Assembly (NCBI GenBank): GCA_963663405.2
Contig: CAXXSM010000056.1
Span: 1-12,649, forward strand
Direction: 5' to 3'
Origin: a bacterium
GTDB taxonomy: Bacteria > Hinthialibacterota > Hinthialibacteria > Hinthialibacterales > Hinthialibacteraceae
Length of the DNA stretch: 12,649 nucleotides
The notes below the pieces were generated by a model. It saw only the letters and a list, made by a program, of their open reading frames with translations. It was not told the origin of the DNA and searched no databases. The position numbers were made by a program, and so were the translations under genes. Shown here one piece after another: positions 7,989-12,649 of the stretch. Each line of letters starts with the position of its first letter. The stretch's first letter is position 1.

Positions 7989-9456
7989 ATGAAACGCAGA
8001 ACCTTTTTAAAAAGTTCTTTATACTCAGGAATCCTGCTCTCCCTCCCTTCTTCCCCCATCTTGGGAGCGAATAGTGTCATCCGCATGGGAGCGATTGGAC
8101 TCGGCTCATTCGTCAAAATCGGCGGAAAAGGCCGCCAGGACGTAAAAGATTTCAATAAAATCGATGGAGTCCAGGTCACCGCATTGTGTGACTGTGATAC
8201 GGATAACCTGGCCTATGTGGTAGAACAATACAAAAAAGAAAACCGGAAAGCGAAATCCCACATCGATTTCCGCCGGATTCTTGACGATCCCGATATCGAC
8301 GCTGTATCCATTGTCACGCCAAACCATTGGCATTCGCTGATGACCATCCTCGCCTGCCAGGCGGGTAAAGACGTCTTTGTCCAGAAACCATCCTCACACA
8401 ATATCTTTGAAGGCCGGAAAATGGTCGAAGCGATGCGCAAGTACAACCGGATCGTCCAAGCGACGCACGGCCCCCGCAACAGCGGCGCCATCGAAGAATC
8501 CTATGATTACATTTGGGATGGCCAATTGGGAAAAATCCAATGCGTTTATGGAATTAACTACCGTCCCCGCACGAGCATTGGCAAAGTTTCCGGCCCTCAA
8601 CCGATCCCAGAAGCCTGCGACTATAATTTGTGGTGTGGCCCCGCGCCGACTAAACCTTTGAAGCGAAAATACCTGCATTACGACTGGCATTGGGATTGGG
8701 ACACGGGAAATGGCGATCTGGGCAACATGGGCATTCACGCTATGGACGGCTGCCGTTGGGCCACGCGCCACAACGAACTGCCAAAACGCGTCCTCTCCAT
8801 CGGGGGCCGCCTGGGATATGACGACGACGGGCAGACACCCAATACAATGATCACTCTGTTGGATTACGAACCCATCCCGATCATCTTCGAAGTGCGCGGC
8901 CTTCCTAAAAACGCAGGCTATCTAGATGAAGACTGGAACAAAGGCGCGGATCAGAAAATGGACAAGTTCCGGGGCATTCGAATCGGAACGGTTGTCATCT
9001 GTGAGGGGGGCTACATCCATGAAGGAATCGCGTACGATAACGAAGGTAAGAAGATCAAAACATTCACTCGCAAGCGTGTCAGCACGAAACAGAATTTTAT
9101 TGATGTGATCGGATCAAGAAAACCAGACGCGCTTTTTACTGACGCGCTGGAAGGCCATCTCTCTTGCGGCTTAGTCCATTTAGCTAATATTTCCTACCGC
9201 GTAGGCAAAGGAACCCCGAAAGAAGAGATTCGCGAAATAGTAAAGGGTGAAAAAGAGATGAGCGAATCGTACGAACGTTTATTAAGCCATTTGGAAGCCA
9301 ATCAACTGGATTTACTTAAAAATCCATTAATCCTCGGCCCCATGTTATCTCTCGATCCCACAACCGAACGTTTCACGGGAACGTCAAAGTGAGCAAGCCA
9401 ATTCTTTCGTATCACGCAACTATCGAAAACCATTTGTCGTTCCAGACCATGTGTAA
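7989..9456 (+). CDS. Tat-exported Gfo/Idh/MocA NAD(P)-dependent oxidoreductase, ~488 aa, with one frameshift near the C-terminus
   Basis: ATG 7989 after AAAGGA; KRRTFLK Tat motif. IDAVSIVTPNHWH, AGKDVFVQKP, LWCGPAP, WHWDWDTGNGDLGNMGIHAMD. Removing one base at ~9377-9388 bypasses TGA 9390-9392 and gives the family-typical tail SEQANSFVSRNYRKPFVVPDHV ending TAA 9454-9456. Confidence 0.85.
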
Positions 9457-9524
9457 ACATAACGAAGATATTCATACTTTTTCATATGGGATAACAGTAT
9501 GTCTTCAACTGCAACTCCCGAATT

Positions 9525-11135
9525 TCATGGTTCCATTTTTTCCCACGCATGATCCAAGAAAATCTCATCTTTAGGCGCCCCATCCGTACAAATAACTGCG
9601 CGGGCCGCGTTTCGAAGATCGTTATTGGCTACGGCGATTGAACGCGATAATGGCCCTTCAATACGAACATACGCTTCCACGGATTCTTGCGGACGGCTGC
9701 CATGGATCATCGCGCCCTGTACATTCCTACATCGAATAACTGCGTCCGAAGTGGAATCCACTTGCGCTCGAAGACCAAAAATATCCAGATCAATCACATC
9801 ATCACAAACCACCGCTGGACGTTGATCTTTCTCCGCATAGGTCAAATCGAGATTGTGAAGCCGGAGATTTTTCACATGGCGGCAGTAAAAATCCATAAGC
9901 GGGTAATGATCCAAACATCTTCCCTGACGGATAGGAGGAAGCGCGCTCTGGCGCCTCCTGCAAGACGGAACCATTCTTTCCCCTTCCCTTAAAGCGCAAT
10001 CGGATATCCCGCAATGTGATGTTTTCTGCGTAATGTCCCTTCAATTCCAGTGATCGAACATCCGAAAGGGCCGATGTCTGATCCTTGTATGTTTGAAATC
10101 ATAACGCCGCTTAACGCGCCCATGCCTGGCGCCTCTTCCCCAGGAAGTGGACGGGCGCGGTTTCCCAGACGGATGAAAATCGCAACTTGAACATTTTTCA
10201 TTGTGATGTTTGACACATTCACTCGTTCAAGTTTGGCGCCATCCACCATCATGATGGCAATGCCGGAATAACCGGTGTCGTAGATTGTGCAATTCGTACA
10301 TGTAATGTCTTCGAATCCTCCGTTTGATTCCGTACCTAGTTTAAAACGCGCTGGCTTCACTGCTGATAATGCAGTTAGTTATTGTAACATGTTCGCATTT
10401 GCGATGAGCTGTGGCTTTCAAAACAATAGCGTCGTCACCGGTGTAGATATGGCAGTTGGATATTCGCACCCAGCGGCAGCTGTCAATATCAATCCCGTCA
10501 CGATTCGCCCGGACGCGGCTGTGAATCTTGATTCCATCGATCACGACATCTTCGCACGCCAAGTAGTGCGACAGCCACCGCGCTGAATTTAAAAACGTGA
10601 TTCCAGATACACGCACGTTTCTACATTCGGCAAAACGTAAAATGTAAGGCCGCAATTTGTCTCCGTTAGGATTGGTGTAGAACTCTCCCTGCCCATCTAT
10701 GGTTCCCCGGCCGGCAAGACTGATATTCTCCGCGTTCTCCGCATAGATCATGTACTTTGTAAATCGTGGGGTATAAAGATAGGGAATCCGGGGTGTAATA
10801 TCGGGATACTGCCGCATGTCACGGCTCCCCAACAGCGTGGCGCCAGCTTCAATATGCATAGTCACATTGCTTTTCAAAACAAGCGTCCCCGAAAGAAACG
10901 CGCCGCCTTGTAAATACACGGTTCCACCCCCCGACGCCGCGCAATCGTCAATCGCATGTTGGATAGCCGCCGTATCCAATGTCTCGCCATCCCCTTTGGC
11001 GCCATAATCACAGACGTTATATACACCATTAGTAACTATTGTTTGATCCGGAAGAGATGCGGAACCATCATCGGGAGCGGTTAAAATCATCATGCAGATA
11101 GCGACTAAGAAATCAGTCATACACACCGTCCTCAC
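9525..11135 (-). CDS. GH28-like right-handed beta-helix glycoside hydrolase (pectin lyase fold), ~535 aa, with three frameshifts
   Basis: Joins ORFs 10341..11186, 9989..10360, 9802..10044 and 9525..9974 by removing one base each at A4 10343-10346 (SAFKLGTES), C3 10037-10039 (ITGIEGHYAENI) and A5 9887-9891 (LPAYGFYCRHVKNL). Motifs: YNVCDYGAKGDG, AIQHAID, GRGTIDGQG, NRDGIDID, GDDAIVLK. GTG start at 11135 with GGAGGT at 11144-11149; alternative ATG at 11120. Confidence 0.85.
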
Positions 11136-11212
11136 GTTAGCGTACCTCCAGGGATTATTGGGGTAGGATATTCGTAACAAACACAAAAACCGGATTCGTT
11201 TAAACCAATAGG

Positions 11213-11241
11213 ATTATATGACGTAACGCCAACACCGTCAA
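11213..11241 (-). promoter_or_regulatory. Sigma70-type promoter for the GH28-like gene
   Basis: Minus strand TTGACG (11241-11236), 17 nt spacer, TATAAT (11218-11213), about 78 nt upstream of the GTG start. Confidence 0.7.
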
Positions 11242-11310
11242 ACAGGGAGTAGAGTATTCCTCGAGTTGAGTCAAGAATAACAGAACTAGTGAGAATCGAG
11301 GAGGACTTTG

Positions 11311-11439
11311 ATGGGGCGAATTTCTGGAACGGCATGCAGAGCAAATTCGGGGTGTCATTTCCTGTTTTTGATCGAGTCATTCTAACCGGGCGCATTACCG
11401 GATATCTGCTATGCCGATGCGATGACCTTTTTCTTATAT
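11311..11439 (+). pseudogene. N-terminal fragment (~42 codons) of a probable mobile-element protein (transposase/Rep-like family)
   Basis: GAGGAGG RBS at 11298-11304 and ATG 11311. Removing one base each from G4 11313-11316, T5 11365-11369 and G3 11388-11390 gives MGEFLERHAEQIRGVISCFDRVILTGALPDICYADAMTFFLY. This matches my recollection of the N-terminus (IxGVLSCFDRVxxTGxLPxxCYAxxMT) of a ~500 aa multicopy family often auto-annotated as MarR regulators. Family identity is unverified. Confidence 0.55.
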
Positions 11440-11464
11440 TTAGTGCTGATTTACCAGCTGAACT

Positions 11465-12345
11465 TTATTTCTTGCCAACATACGTGTCGAGAAACTTGAA
11501 TAATTCTTGCGTCGCCGGGTCGTCAGATTTGCCAAGATCGTTATTCAATCGGCTGTGGTTGCTGTCTCGTTTTCCGTACGCCTTTACCGGGATATCAGCC
11601 TCTTTCAGCACAGATTCCAGACGCAACGCTTGAGCGCGGGTGTCAGGATTGCCGGAAAAGTATAGGAGGAGGAACGGTGGAATGCCTTTGTTCTTTGCAA
11701 CGTGTGTCACAGCGGAGAAGTCAACGTGTTTTTCCGGATCATTCCCAAACTTCTGCCGATGACCAAACGTAAACATCTTGCCACCATAGATAGCCTGCCG
11801 GTGTTCTGCTGTCATGATAATTTTTGGAATATCATACGTGTCGCCATCGACCGGCACGCATCCTTTTAGGACATCGAAAGAGACTCCTTCTTCCTTCAAG
11901 TAACGATCATCAATGCAGATCAACGCCGCGAGTTGAGCGCCGGCGGAATGACCTCCGACAAAAATACGCGTAGGATCGCCGCCATATTCGCTGATGTTCT
12001 TGTACGTCCAGCCAAGTGATTTGGCGACATCGCGGATCAATACGTCCATCTCTACGCTTGGTAAAAGGCGGTAATTCGTTGATACGAAGACAAATCCACG
12101 TTCAGTCAATACTTTGGGCTTCAGAGCGACATCGCTCTTGTCGCCGGTCTGCCATCCTCCACCGTGTATCCAAACATGACCGGCAAGCGGCTATCAACCG
12201 CTCTTTCGGGTGTGTAGATATCAAGAACTTGCCGTTCGTGGCCGTTCTCGACATAGGGGATGTCATACGTTGCCTTCTGCGCATTACTGATGTTACTGAG
12301 AATTAGAAATAGGAGTGCGAAAACAACGATAAGTTTCATGTTCAT
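11465..12345 (-). CDS. Secreted alpha/beta-hydrolase, HSL-family (family IV) carboxylesterase, ~293 aa, with one frameshift
   Basis: ATG 12345 with AAGGA at 12355-12359 and a signal peptide ending SNA-QK. Restoring one missing base at A3 12172-12174 gives [17 protein letters not shown], joining ORF 12121..12456 to 11465..12109. Motifs: LDIYTP, HGGG, NYRL, GGDPTRI, GHSAG, candidate catalytic His in SNHSRLN. Confidence 0.85.
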
Positions 12346-12555
12346 GGCAAAGAATCCTTGAGTCAAAGAATTGATCGACACGTTCCGGTTCGATTGTGGC
12401 AGTCCAATCCATCGGTATATATACGCATCGCTGAATGCCGACTGATACAATACCAATTATGACATCATCGGCTAAGCTTTGCAAGAAGTTTTCAATTATT
12501 TGGTTGAAATGTCAGGAAACAAGGGTTTATGCGATGGAGCGAAAGGACAGTTTTT

Positions 12556-12649
12556 CCCAAGGATTTCCAAGAGTTGAAATTAAAGATTGAAACCCTGGGC
12601 TACTTTTTTTTGTCCCGGAGGGACATTAGACAATAGCCCAGCCTTTTAA
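12556..12649. repeat. REP/REPIN-like palindromic element, truncated by the window edge
   Basis: CTGGGCTA (12595-12602) - N8 - TGTCCC-GGA-GGGACA (12611-12625) - N8 - TAGCCCAG (12634-12641), a symmetric 47 bp palindrome. Outward arms read GTAG-CCCAGGG-TTTCAA (minus) and ATAG-CCCAGCC-TTTTAA (plus). Confidence 0.65.

Noticed and set aside
9390-9392. TGA readthrough or selenocysteine in the oxidoreductase
   Set aside because: The conserved C-terminal tail lies in a different frame, so this is an indel and not recoding.
9464-9506. Imperfect inverted repeat between the convergent oxidoreductase and GH28-like genes
   Set aside because: AT-rich and bulged with a 17 nt loop; too weak to call a terminator.
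1409-9825. Many short overlapping ORFs (e.g. 1716..2093, 2134..2562, 4869..5273, 7629..7955, 8394..8771, 9389..9574)
   Set aside because: Alternate-frame or antisense shadows of well-supported genes with no recognisable motifs.
4223-10346. Programmed ribosomal frameshifting in the GH31 and GH28-like genes
   Set aside because: Several shifts per gene across unrelated genes, with no consistent slippery heptamer or stimulatory structure; sequencing error is simpler.
11289-11633. 114 aa plus-strand ORF as a real gene
   Set aside because: Only FDRVILTG belongs to the mobile-element remnant; the rest is off-frame or antisense to the esterase.
12358-12366. Second TTGAGTCAA palindrome, suggesting the esterase is a cassette bounded by repeats with 11266-11274
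   Set aside because: A short match overlapping the esterase RBS region; cannot be distinguished from chance.
1-12649. CRISPR array, tRNA, rRNA, riboswitch or defence system
   Set aside because: No regularly spaced repeats, cloverleaf, recognisable aptamer or defence domain seen by eye; an Infernal/Rfam scan would be needed to exclude small RNAs.

Overview
This window is a cluster of predicted exported carbohydrate-active and related enzymes from a bacterium of roughly mid GC content. In order: a secreted jelly-roll plus TolB-like propeller protein running off the left edge (absent from the ORF track), two Asp-box/BNR propeller proteins (one GH33 sialidase-like), a GH31 alpha-glycosidase, a divergent operon-like trio (GH5-like clan GH-A enzyme, Tat-exported xylose-isomerase-like TIM barrel, Tat-exported Gfo/Idh/MocA oxidoreductase), a convergent GH28-like beta-helix enzyme and an HSL-family esterase. 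Four genes are split in the ORF track by 1-2 nt indels in homopolymer or dinucleotide runs. They rejoin into intact proteins, which suggests sequencing error more than decay. Features hidden from the ORF track are a 42-codon N-terminal remnant of a probable mobile-element protein (11311-11439), two REP-like palindromes, a degenerate ~41 bp inverted repeat with a motif shared across three intergenic sites, and one near-consensus sigma70 promoter. I saw no rRNA, tRNA or CRISPR array. The best candidate for new biology is the Tat TIM-barrel/oxidoreductase pair with non-canonical active-site residues, beside a sialidase-like protein that lacks its acid/base loop. All family calls come from motif recognition, not database searches.
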